DNA from: Macrostomum lignano
Taxonomy: Eukaryota
Assembly: GCA_002269645.1 (NCBI GenBank)
Contig: NIVC01004033.1
Span: 1-63,640, forward strand
Direction of reading: 5' to 3'
DNA: 63,640 nucleotides
Below, one piece after another: positions 28,251 through 40,472 of the stretch (position 1 is the stretch's first letter; every line of letters starts with the position of its first letter). Made by a program: the position numbers and the translations under genes. Below the pieces are notes generated by a model that worked only from the letters and a program-made list of their open reading frames with translations, did no database searches and had not been told where the DNA came from.

Positions 28251-28622
28251 GTTTATTTGGCTTATAATTTATACGGATATTTGTTTGGCCCTTTTACTCC
28301 CTCTTACATAAAAAATATTTTAATTCCCACAAAAACTTTTCTTTCTCCCATTCATATAGTCTTCTCCTCCCCTTTCTACCACTTCTATAGTTTTATCTTC
28401 TATATCTGCTTGTCTAATTTATATCTACTATTCTCCAATACCAGTCTTTTCTTCTGCTAGAATCTTAGCTAAACTGACTACTTAGATTGGCAATCCTTGT
28501 AGGTTATAATTTAATTCTTAATTCAGAGATCCACTTGCTAGACTGTAAATTATGCAGCAACAGCCATTTAGCCTCCTATTTTGCTTTCATGCATTTTTCA
28601 TAAATTTATTTTGATCTGGCAG

Positions 28623-29793
28623 GCCGCCCCTAGGCGGACCAGGCGGTTCCTTTGGTCCAGCGCCTCTGCGTCCGCCGCCGATGCAGCAGCAGCAGCAGCA
28701 GCAGAGCTTCCGCGGTCCTCCGCCTAGAGGTCCTCCACCGCGGGGACCGCCGCCTAACAGCGCCGGAATCCGTAGTGGCGGCGGCAGCGGGGGCGGAGGT
28801 GGTGGAGGAGGCAGCCTGCCGCCTATGCTTCGCGGCCAGCCGCCTCCTGGCTGGCGGCCTCCGATAAGTGGCCCGCCGCCATCGCCGCAGCAGCAGCGCG
28901 GCGCTCCCCGCCGCTTGGCGGCCTGAGCGGATCCCGGCCGATGCCACCGGGCGGGGTTGGGCCTCCGCAGCAGCAGCAGCAGCAGCCTCGCCCTCCAATG
29001 CCAGGCCAGGGCGGCTCCGGCCAGCAGCAGCAGTCGGGTATGCCACCAGCGCCGCCAAATCTTAGCGTGCCGCCGCCCGGCATGCCGACAGACCGGTCCG
29101 GGATGCCGCCTCCGCCCGGCTTCATGCCCTCCGGCCCGCCGCCGCCCACGCCAGTCTCTATGGTTGGCGGCGGCTCCGGGGGGCCGCCCGGCCAGCATGC
29201 CATGCAGCAGCCGCCGCCGCACATGGCCTCGCCTATGGGTCTGCGCGGGGCCCCGCCGCCTGGCATGCCGCCGCATCGTCAGCAGGCGCCGCCGCAGCAT
29301 TTGATGCCGAATCAGAATTCCTCCTCATCCGGGATGATGCGGCCGCCTATGCCGCACATGATGGGCGGCCCGATGCAGCAGCAGCAGCAGCCTCATCCGC
29401 AGCATCTCGGCCCTCCCGGGTACGGAATGCCGCCGCCGTCGTTTGGTGGCCCGCCGCCGCCTCATCTGATGGGCCCGCCGCCCAACTCAATGATGGGCGG
29501 CGCCCCGCCGCCGCCGCCTCCGCCGCCGCCAGAGAATGTGTGGGTTGAGAACTGCACGCCGGAAGGAAAGCCGTACTTTTATCATCTGCGCAGCCGCGAG
29601 ACTCGCTGGGAACGGCCTGAAGGGGCTCGGATTATGACTCAGGTAGGCATGACTGCTCCGATAGCAACCAGACCATGTAAGCTGGCAGACAGATTTAAAT
29701 ATGTAATAGGAATGTAGGTAACCGCTTAGTAAGATGAAAGCATATAGCCAAATCGTGAGGTGGTCAGACAGATCTACTGATAATAGTCTTGTG

Positions 29794-29887
<94 letters not shown>

Positions 29888-32800
29888 GAGACGCTAAGGC
29901 AGGCAGACAGGACAGACGCTAAGGGAGACAGACAGGCCGACAGACAAGGCAAAAGCACTAGCATGCTGCATGCTGCACCATTTTTCAGGCGGAGGTCGAC
30001 GCTGTAGCCGAAGGCGCCCCTCCAGGTGCGGCGGCTGGCGGCCCCATGTCTGCCGGAGGGTCGGCCGTCCGATCCGGCATGCCGCCGGCGACTTCGGCTC
30101 CGCCTCTGTTCGGCATGTCCGGCGGGCTGCCATCCATGAGCCAGCAACAGCAGCAGCAGCCGCCGCCGCCCAACGGTCCCGCCAAGCCGCCAGAAGTGGC
30201 CGAATGGGCCGAGTACCGGGCGGACGATGGCCGGCCATATTATCATAACCTGCGCACCAGCGAAACCGTCTGGGAGAAGCCGGCCCCGCTGCTAGCCTGG
30301 GAGGCTGGCGGCAAGCCGCCTGCGCCGGCCGCGGCACCGCCGCCTATTATGAAAGAGACTCAGGCGGCGGCTTCCTTGACGGCGGCCAAAGATGGAGCAG
30401 TTCCGACCAGCGTTGCCACGACTGGCGTCAGTCAGCAGGTGGCGGAGGTGGACAAGCGGCAAGCGGCTGCTCAGTCTCAGCAGCAGCAGCAGGACAAGTC
30501 CCGGCCCGTGAAGAGCCAGCCGGTGCCCGGCACCCCCTGGTGTGTTGTTTGGACAGGCGACGATCGGGTGTTCTTCTTCAATCCATCCAAGCGGCTGTCG
30601 CTGTGGGACCGGCCGGAGGAGCTGGTTGGCGTCAAGGAGGTCGAAAAAATTCTCGGCAAAGGCGCGGCAGCGGAGAAACGCGCGGCCGGCAAATCGGCCA
30701 CCGGCGCGTCGGCAGCTAAAAAAAAGAAAGTCTCTTCTGCTAAGCTTGATACAAAAAAGAAAAAGACCGCCGACGGGCAGAAGAAGAAGAAAAGAAAGCG
30801 CAGCGGCTCGGACGACGACGATGACGATGAAGAAGACGGCGAAGACGACGAGTCCGGCACCGACGAGGACGGCGACGATTCCAATGACGACGACGACGAT
30901 GACGATGACGAGGATCGAAGAAAGGTGAAGCGGCGCCGCCGGGCCGCTGCCGAGAAGAAGCGGCAGCAGCTGCAGAAGAAGCGACGCCGAGACAGCGGCA
31001 GCAGCGGCTCTAATCAGGATGACGACGACGAGGACGACGATGAGGACAAAGAAGACAAGGAGGACGAGGAGAACGAGGACCTCGGCGAAGATGACGATGA
31101 CGACAAGCCGCTGCTGGAGCGGGACAAGATTGAGCCGGGAAAGGTAAACGCGTTCGAGGCGGAGGTGCAGGCGGCGCGGGAGCGGGCCAGCCTGCCGTTG
31201 GACGCCCGGATGCAGCAGTTCCGGGAGATGCTGGCGGAGAAGCAGGTGTCAGCTTTCAGCACTTGGGACAAAGAGCTGCACAAGATCGTGTTTGACCCGC
31301 GCTATCTGCTGCTGCCCAGCAAGGAGCGCAAGCTGGTGTTCGACCAGTACATGAAGGAGAGGGCCGAGGAGGAGCGGCTGGAGAAGAACAGGAAGCTGAG
31401 GGAGAAGAAGGAGGCCTACAAAGCGCTGCTCGAGGAGGCTAAAGTTAGCGCCAAGTGAGTAGCGGATTAGTTTAGTTTATTAGTGATTTAAGGTAAAGGT
31501 CATTGTTCTAACTTTTTAAAAAGGTATATGGAAAATGCCTTCCGTAAAATGCCTTTGTAAATATCAAAGTCGTTTTCGCACTACCAAAGTTGGCCAATTT
31601 ATTAGCAGACTCAAATCCAGTGTTTCACGCATCCTATCTGTACAGGTGTCGTTTTCAAAACTTATTCTGTTGAACAGAACCTTGCTTACATTGAAAAAAC
31701 GAAGACACAAACACTGTTGCGGGAGTGAGAAAGTAGATCACTGTAAGATTATTGGTCGGTGCCAGTCAGACTTTTGACTAAAAATACTTGAATCAATGTA
31801 CATAAAAACACAAACCTAGTCTCAGTGCTCAACTGCAACATTGCTTTAAACTGTTCTTGCTTGAGTCCAATTTATTAATTAATAGTTTAATCAACAGCCA
31901 GTCACCCTGCAGATGACTAACCCGTTGAAAACTTTACCGTGCTTAGGAGAGTCGCGAAAAAGTCGTCCTGGATTCGTGTTAGCGCTTAACTTTCTATTAA
32001 CTCTAGTAGACTAGTAGAGTTGTTATAAATGCGAAATGCGATTTTCATCGATAAAGTGACGCAGATGCACTTTAGACGCAACTCAGTTATTCCACAGCGA
32101 CTCTACGACCCCAGAGTCAGTTGCGTCGCCCCAGAGTCGCAGACAATAAAACGCCTTAGTTTGACTCCTAGGCGACTTTTTGACGACTTTTTGGCGACTT
32201 GTAGTTGTAACGCGACGTCACGTCGTTTTAGAGTCGTCTAAAGTTCTTTCCTATTTTATGTTACCTGCAACGAATCTTGGGCGACGCAAGTGACTCTGGG
32301 ACGCTACTTGGCCTCGAAACCCCTCCAAAATAACACCTATTTTGATAACACCAATAATCTTTCTAATGCTTTTAAAGGCAGATTCTATCCCTCTGAGTTA
32401 AGTTACTTCTTCATCTGTAAATGATCTTTGGTTTTCTATTATTGGTTTCATTTAGTGCCTATATTATCGCCAACTTGCAGAACCACGTTCCAGGACTTCT
32501 CGGCCAGATGGGGCAAAGACGACCGGTTCAAGGGCATCGAAAAGGCTCGCGAACGGGAGCTGCTGTTTCACGATTACATCACGGAGGATTTGAAGAAACA
32601 GGAGAGGGAGGAGAGGCAGCGTGAGAAGGAAAAGGTGAGTCCAAATTATTGGGATAAGTTTTGTGCATTCTTAACAAACAATTTCCATGTCTGCTTGGCA
32701 TAATTAACTAAGGTTTAGTAATAGTTATATGGAAGAATATGTTTGCATTCGTGTCTGGATTGCCCGGGCCTAGCTGTCAGGGAGTTGGGTCTATCTGGAC

Positions 32801-35800
32801 TTTTGTAGAGTGGGTGGGTGTTTGAAGGAGTAGGGTGGGTATTTAAAGGAGTGGGGTGGGTGTTTGAAGGAGTGGGGTGGGTGTTTGAAAGAGTGCGTGG
32901 GTGTTTGAAGGAGGCGGTGGGTGTTTGAAGGAGTGGGGTGGGTGTTTGAAGGAGTGGGGTGGGTGTTTGAAGGAGTGGGGTGGGTGTTTGAAGGAGTGGT
33001 TGGGTGTTTGAAGGAGTGGTTGGGTGTTTGAAGGAGTGGTTGGGTGTTTGAAGGAGTGGTTGGGTGTTTGAAGGAGTGGTTGGGTGTTTGAAGGAGTGGT
33101 TGGGTGTTTGAAGGAGTGGAGTAGATGTTTTAAAGAGTGGGGTGGGTGTTTGAAGAGTGGGGTGGGTGTTTGAAGAGTGGAGTGGGTGTTTAAAAGAGTG
33201 AGGGGTGTTTGGATGTATGGGGAGAGGATTGGGATGTCTAGAAATGAGTGGCGTGTCTAGATAGAAGAGTGGATGTCTAGAGAAAGAGGAGTGGGGTGTC
33301 TAGATTAATGAGTGGGTTGTCTGGAGAGAGAGAAGTGGGGTGTTCGGAGAGAGAGGAGTGGGGTGTCTGCAGAGAGATGAGTGGGGTGTCTGGAAAGACG
33401 AGTGAGGTGTCTGGAGAGAGAGGAATGAGGTGTCTGGAGAGAGGAGTGAGGTGTCTGGAGAGAGGAGTGAGGTGTCTGGAGAGAGAGGAATGAGGTGTCT
33501 GGAGAGAGGAGTGAGGTGTCTGGAGAGAGAGGAATGAGGTGTCTGGAGAGAGGAGTGAGGTGTCTGGAGAGAGAGGAATGAGGTGTCTGGAGAGAGGAAT
33601 GAGGTGTCTGGAGAGAGGAGTGAGGTGTCTGGAGAGAGAGGAATGAGGTGTCTGGAGAGAGGAGTGAGGTGTCTGGAGAGAGAGGAGTGGGATATCTGGA
33701 GAAAGTTAAGCGAGTAGTTCGCAGTGCGAATTAGTTTCTGAAATCTCATTATGCGCCGAAGCTTGACGCGCCTGTCTCAAGTAAATGACGCTCAAACACC
33801 AAAGCTAGCCGAAGAAGTTAATGAATAATCTATATTGTTCCTATGCACATCGAACTGCGTAGTCGCATGTGCCACTCCATTGGCTATCCTTAGTAGTAAA
33901 TGTGTCACATTTTACTGATTGCTATGTTCTGTTTGTTCATAGCGAATATTTCTGTCGCTTGAACTAACTGTATTGATTTTTTCGTTACAACAAGTTTATT
34001 GCTTTTTACACACAAGCTTCAACAACTCGCGTATTAATAAATTAATGGATTCATGAATCGAGGAACTATGGAAGAATATTTAAATTAGTGTACTATTATG
34101 AGCATTCGTTTGCTAAATCAATTTCTGTAGTACTGTTTCTATTTCATGAGTGCATAAGTAGTAAAGACAGGATAATTTTATATGAGACTTATTAGGTAAT
34201 TTAAGAGAACAGGTTAGTAATAAATTGTATATTAGAATTGCATATATTGATTACCAGAGCTGGAATACTGACTACTTTTACTAGGCTAATTTTTCAGTCC
34301 GTATTTTTTCTACTAAGAGGAATTCACCACACAGTTTTATTTGCACTACATGTACTACTACAATGCCGGCACGCGAAATTCCAGAATGCTGTCCTAATAT
34401 TGTGCGGGCATTCATAAGCATCGAGATATTTAATGGCTCTTTCATGGCAGGATTTTTCCCTAGGTACGAAAATGCCAACCAGTTATTACGAGTAGGATAA
34501 CTTGATGGGCCACTTGATGCATATCATTGCTTAGTGTAAAATAGCTTCTCTACTTCAGTTCAGTAGCAAGGAAGAATTTGTAAGCTTTTTTACGAAAAAA
34601 AAGACTACTGACTTGCAGACGTAAGGAACTCGCTATTGGTGCGCAGTTATAAATGTACATTAGCTAGCGCTACTGAAATGTACATGGCAGGCAGATTTAG
34701 ACTAGAACACCAAGGAAGGCAATAAAAACTGGGCGGCGGGGCGGGGGTAGAGATTTTTAGGGTTCAGCTGGGAGGGGGTTAAGTGAGCCAATAAACGAGC
34801 CTTTATGTGTGTGTACATGGCAGATTGGGCCTAAGGGTTAAGAGGTCTATTAAATGTGTCTATATAGTATTCTAGGCTGGAAGCCCCAAGAAAGATAGTA
34901 AAAACAAGGGAGTCAATAAACGAGTCGTTCCCTAAAGTACATTAAAAAATGTTTCTATTTGACTTTCTACTGAACTGAAAGTAGCTTACAAGTAAATTTG
35001 TTAAAATCTATAGCATCTGTTGTTCCAATCCAATTTGGCAACATCCGTTATATGACTTGCGTAGATTTGCTTTAGATTTGTAACATTATAAATTATAACG
35101 CATACGATACTTAGAGAATTTTACGCTATTCGTCATTTCCCACAAAGTCCCACATGAGCAGCTTAGATAGATTTTATTAATTCAGTTATCGAACTCTTAT
35201 AGGTATGATAGTTAGGACATTCCAATCTCGTAACAATCAAACGAGTCAGTTTTATTAATCAAACAAACAAATAACTCAATTACTTATTTACGTGAGAGAA
35301 AAAAACAAGTATTAATGCTTTTATTTGCTTCTTTTATCAAGTGCTAGTAGTATGTACATCATATTCTATTTTGGTTGATTATTTGAATTCTTGTACCGTG
35401 CGTTCGTGACCCATGCCATACGCGCTCCTTGCTCCGACTGTTAAACTAAGCGAAACTAATAGCACCGCAGCTTCTCATTTGTCGCATTCCGACCCACCCT
35501 GTCTCTTTCTCTTTCTATCCAATCGCTAATATTATTGCTCACCCGTGACGGACGAACGGCAGACATCTATGGCGCCATTGCTTGACACTGCCGAAGAGTG
35601 AAAGATGAGAAAATCAAGGTTTGTGCCACGAATCTGTCTGCATTGCAATTCTAAGGGGCAAGAATTGGAAGTCCTGTGTTAGCATTTTACCTTTCGGGCT
35701 GCAAGCAAGCCCGGTTGAGACTTCGGAGGATCAATAAGTTTTGCTCGATTGTTCGCTTCTCTAATTCCCCTTCCAGTACTGAAGTACTAAGTTATTTGTC

Positions 35801-38786
35801 TCGCATTCTGAGTACTGTTTTTGAATAAAAGCCTTTTTTTAACAAAACAAATAGGCTATAAACCAGCAAATGTGAATGTACTCCTATGTCAAGTAATGTG
35901 TACACTGCGCGTCATTCAATTTTTTATCGAGTGATATTCCATGTACATTGCGTGTCGTGCAATGTACACTGCGCGACAATGTACATCAGTGTCAATCAGT
36001 GTACATTGCGTGTCAATCAATGTACAGGCATATAATATTTCGTATAGTACCGTATGTACTTAAAATAAAATAAATTATTCTTAACTTTGACAATTTTTAC
36101 TGTAAAATAGATATTCTGTTTAATTTTGTGTGCACAGGTTATTATTAAAACTTTTAATAATCGCCTGTCTGTGCTATTTCTGTGTTTGCGCGTGCCTGGC
36201 TGCAGAGGATGAGGTACTTTAATCTTCGGTCGGGTGGCTTGATTGATATTTATATCGAGTGCCCATACTGACAACTTGTCACTATCGTGTTTTGCAATCT
36301 ACTTGAAATCTTGCCATTGATTGTTCTAATGTTAGTTTTGCACATTTAATAATGAAATTTACATGTATGTTATTTTTATAGGTAGATCAATCTGATTTAG
36401 GTCCTGATCATTCTGATAGTTAATAATTGCTTATATTTTCATATTTCGTTAACCAGTCATACCATACCAGTCTCAGGTTATGTCTACCATTCTTCAGGGT
36501 ATGTCTGCCATTCTTCAGGTTATGTTTACCATTCCTCAGGGTATGTCTGCCATTCTTCAGGTTACTTTTACCATTCCTCAGGGTATGTCTGCCATTCTTC
36601 AGGTTATGTTTACCATTCCTCAGGGTATGTCTGCCATTCTTTAGGTTATGTCTGCCATTCTTCAGGGAATGTCTACCATTCTTCAGGTTGTCTGCCATTC
36701 TTCAGGGAATGTCTACCATTCTCCAGGTTATGTCTACCATTTTTCAGGTTATGTCTGCCATTCTTCAGGGAATGTCTACCATTCTTCAGGTTATGTTTAC
36801 CATTCCTCATGGTATGTCTGCCATTCTTCAGGTTATGTCTGCCATTCTTCAGGGAATGTCTACCATTCTTCAGGTTATGTCTGCTATTATTCAGGTTGTG
36901 TCTGCCATTCTTCAGGTTATGTCTGCCATTCTTCAGGTTATGTCTGCCATTCTTCAGGGAATGTGTACCATTCTTCAGGTTATGTCTGATATTATTCAGG
37001 TTATGTCTGGGATTCTTCAGGGAATGGGAATGTTCTTCAAGTTGGATGTCTGCCTTTGTTATTAATTTATGTCTTATAAGTATGTAGTTAACCTTATTGA
37101 TTTTTATTTTTAATATTTGCTCCTTAAAAGTTCGAATCTGTTTTCACGACAGCAAAGTAAATAATAAGTATTATGAAGTATAGTTACGGAGTTCTCGCTA
37201 AAAGTATTAAAACTCATTTGAGCCGAAAACAACGCTCAAGTTTTTTTAGTAATTTGTTCTGAATGTAAAAGTTCGTTAAAGTTCGTTTGTTTGAGCAAAA
37301 GTTTTTTTTTGAGAAAAAAACTTCTATGAGACATGTCTATGTCTATGTCTTTGAGACAAAAAAGTGTCTCATAGACATTTGGGCCAGTTAATATTTATAT
37401 ATTTTGTACCTGATTCGGCAATCATGGGCTCCGGTTTTTGCTTGCGCGCGGTCTCGTTTGCACTTTTAAATTAATTAATTGACTACTAAAGGCTTACTAG
37501 TGCTATCTTGTGGCTATTTATACTTTACTTAGCCCCTTATGCAAGATTGATAATTTCTTAGCGCACCTGCTTTTGTGTAGTTAATTAACTCACAAGAACC
37601 TGTTCTTGATCGATTGACCAATCGCATGCCTGGTGCCTAAATGACTAGCTTGCGGCAGCTTGCTGCAGCTTGCCATGATCAATAGCTTGTTTTATTGTTT
37701 TCCTTCATGCTCTATTTATTGGTTCTCGGCTGATTCATTCGGCTGTATTGGTAAGCCAGGGACCTCTGGATACAGCTGGACTGGAAGCAGGCCCGCACCC
37801 ATCATGAACTATACTAGTGACCCCTGGAGCTGGACTGGAAGCGGACCCGCGCCATCCTGAACTCTACCAGGGACCTCTAGGTAGAGTTGGACCGGAAGCA
37901 GGCCCGCACCCATCCTGAACTCTACCAGGGACCTCTTGGTAGAGTTGGACCGGAAGCAGGCCCGCACCCATCCTGAACTCTACCAGGGACCTCTTGGTAG
38001 AGTTGGACCGGAAGCAGGCCCGCACCCATCCTGAACTCTACCAGGGACCTCTAGGTAGAGTTGGACCGGAAGCAGGCCCGCACCCATCATGAACTATACT
38101 AGTGACCCCTGGAGCTGGACTGGAAGCAGGCCCGCACCCATCCTGAACTCTACCAGGGACCTCTGGATACAGCTGGACTGGAAGCAGCGGACCCGCGCCT
38201 ATCCTGAACTCTACCAGGGACCTCTAGATAGAGGTGGACTGGAAGTGACAGACCCGCGCCTATCCTGAACTCTGCCAGGGACCTCTGGATAGAGCTGGAC
38301 TGGAAGCGGAATCTTACGGCCGAATCTCAGCTAGAACTAGAATAGAGTGCCTGCTTTCAGTTCTGGCTTGTTCTTAGTCACTAGGCTAATTCAACCATGA
38401 CTTGAATTGAAGCCACAGATAGAAAGCAAAATTTACATTGTAGCTACTAACTAAAGTGAGTAGCTGGACTGGATAGCGTGACCAGAAAAGAAGTGTATTG
38501 TAATATTGCAAAAGCCGTTGGAATTATTCAACTGTGGGAAGACAGGCAGCGTCCCTACTCAGTAGTGAAGCACTGCACCTCATTTAATTTTAGTCTTGGC
38601 CTGCCAATAAGTTTGCCGCGTTTACAGATTTAATTTGCACGCTAATACGTTTTATTTAGAATTTGACGACTGCCTGTTGGTTGATATTAATATCGTTTGA
38701 ACTGCGAGCGTGATTAACAGCTGGCTATCAATTGAGTTTTCGTCTTTTTGTCATTCTATGATAATTATCATATTATTACGTATAAC

Positions 38787-38821
<35 letters not shown>

Positions 38822-39235
38822 TAACTTGACGCCCTCCAAGGCCTGGGCGTGTGTTTTTCTTTTGTACACTTCTTTTAAGTGCCAAATAATTTCTTGTTGT
38901 GGACCTCACCTCGCGCACTAATCCGAATTTAATCACCCGATCCTTCCCAAATCTCGGGAGCCGTTTTGCACGTAGCGCACTGGGGGGGGGACAGATTTGT
39001 CATCATCAATGCCGAATTTATAGTTAACTGTATTATTTTACCTGCTCTAGTCAGATGTCAATCTGATTTATTACTGACGTTTGTCTTCTGATGCCTTTAT
39101 TGTATTCGTACGCGCTTCAGTCTTAGCATTTCTTGCTTCAGCAACAACTCAGTGTCGCTGCTGCTGCTAGTGGAAAAGTTTAATGCTTTTATTATTGATA
39201 TCAAAGTGACTAATGATGCTTTAATTAACTAGCGA

Positions 39236-39269
<34 letters not shown>

Positions 39270-39289
39270 CCTGTCTGTCTGTCTGTCCC

Positions 39290-39321
<32 letters not shown>

Positions 39322-39355
39322 CCTGTCTGTCTGTCCCTGTCTGTCTGTCTGTCCC

Positions 39356-39407
<52 letters not shown>

Positions 39408-39471
39408 CCTGTCTGTCTGTCCCTGTCTGTCTGTCTTTCTGTCTGTCTGTCCCTGTCTGTCTGTCTGTCCC

Positions 39472-39511
<40 letters not shown>

Positions 39512-39593
39512 CCTGTCTGTCTGTCCCTGTCTGTCTGTCTGTCTGTCTGTCCCTGTCTGTCTGTCTGTCCCTGTCTGTCTGTCTGTCTGTCCC

Positions 39594-39633
<40 letters not shown>

Positions 39634-40058
39634 CCTGTCTGTCTGTCCCTGTCTGTCTGTCTGTCTGTGACTTCTATCAGTTTCTATCTTTCATTAACTC
39701 AGTAAAAATGCAAAGTTTTAAAATCGTTTTGCCATTTTTCTGCACACAATATTATCTTAACGATCCTTCCCAAATCTCGGGAGCCGTTTTGCACGTAGCG
39801 CACTGGGGGGGGGACAGATTTGTCATCATCAATGCCGAATTTATAGTTAACTGTATTATTTTACCTGCTCTAGTCAGATGTCAATCTGATTTATTACTGA
39901 CGTTTGTCTTCTGATGCCTTTATTGTATTCGTACGCGCTTCAGTCTTAGCATTTCTTGCTTCAGCAACAACTCAGTGTCGCTGCTGCTGCTAGTGGAAAA
40001 GTTTAATGCTTTTATTATTGATATCAAAGTGACTAATGATGCTTTAATTAACTAGCGA

Positions 40059-40092
<34 letters not shown>

Positions 40093-40134
40093 CCTGTCTG
40101 TCTGTCTGTCCCTGTCTGTCTGTCTGTCTGTCCC

Positions 40135-40174
<40 letters not shown>

Positions 40175-40190
40175 CCTGTCTGTCTGTCCC

Positions 40191-40237
<47 letters not shown>

Positions 40238-40335
40238 GTCTGTCTGTCTGTCTGTCTGTGTCTGTCTGCCTGTCTGTCTGTCTGTCTGCCTGTCTGTCTG
40301 TCTGTCTGTGTCTGTCTGTCTGTCTGTCTCTCTGC

Positions 40336-40378
<43 letters not shown>

Positions 40379-40440
40379 GTCTGTCTGTCTCTCTGCTGTC
40401 TGTCTTTCTGTCTGTCTGTCTGTCTGTCTGTGTGTCTGAC

Positions 40441-40472
<32 letters not shown>

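Noticed and set aside
28587-29300. Long antisense ORFs over TCERG1 and other GC-rich exons
   Set aside because: Expected shadows of GC-rich coding sequence.
36420-37087. ORFs in all frames
   Set aside because: 21-bp repeat artefact.
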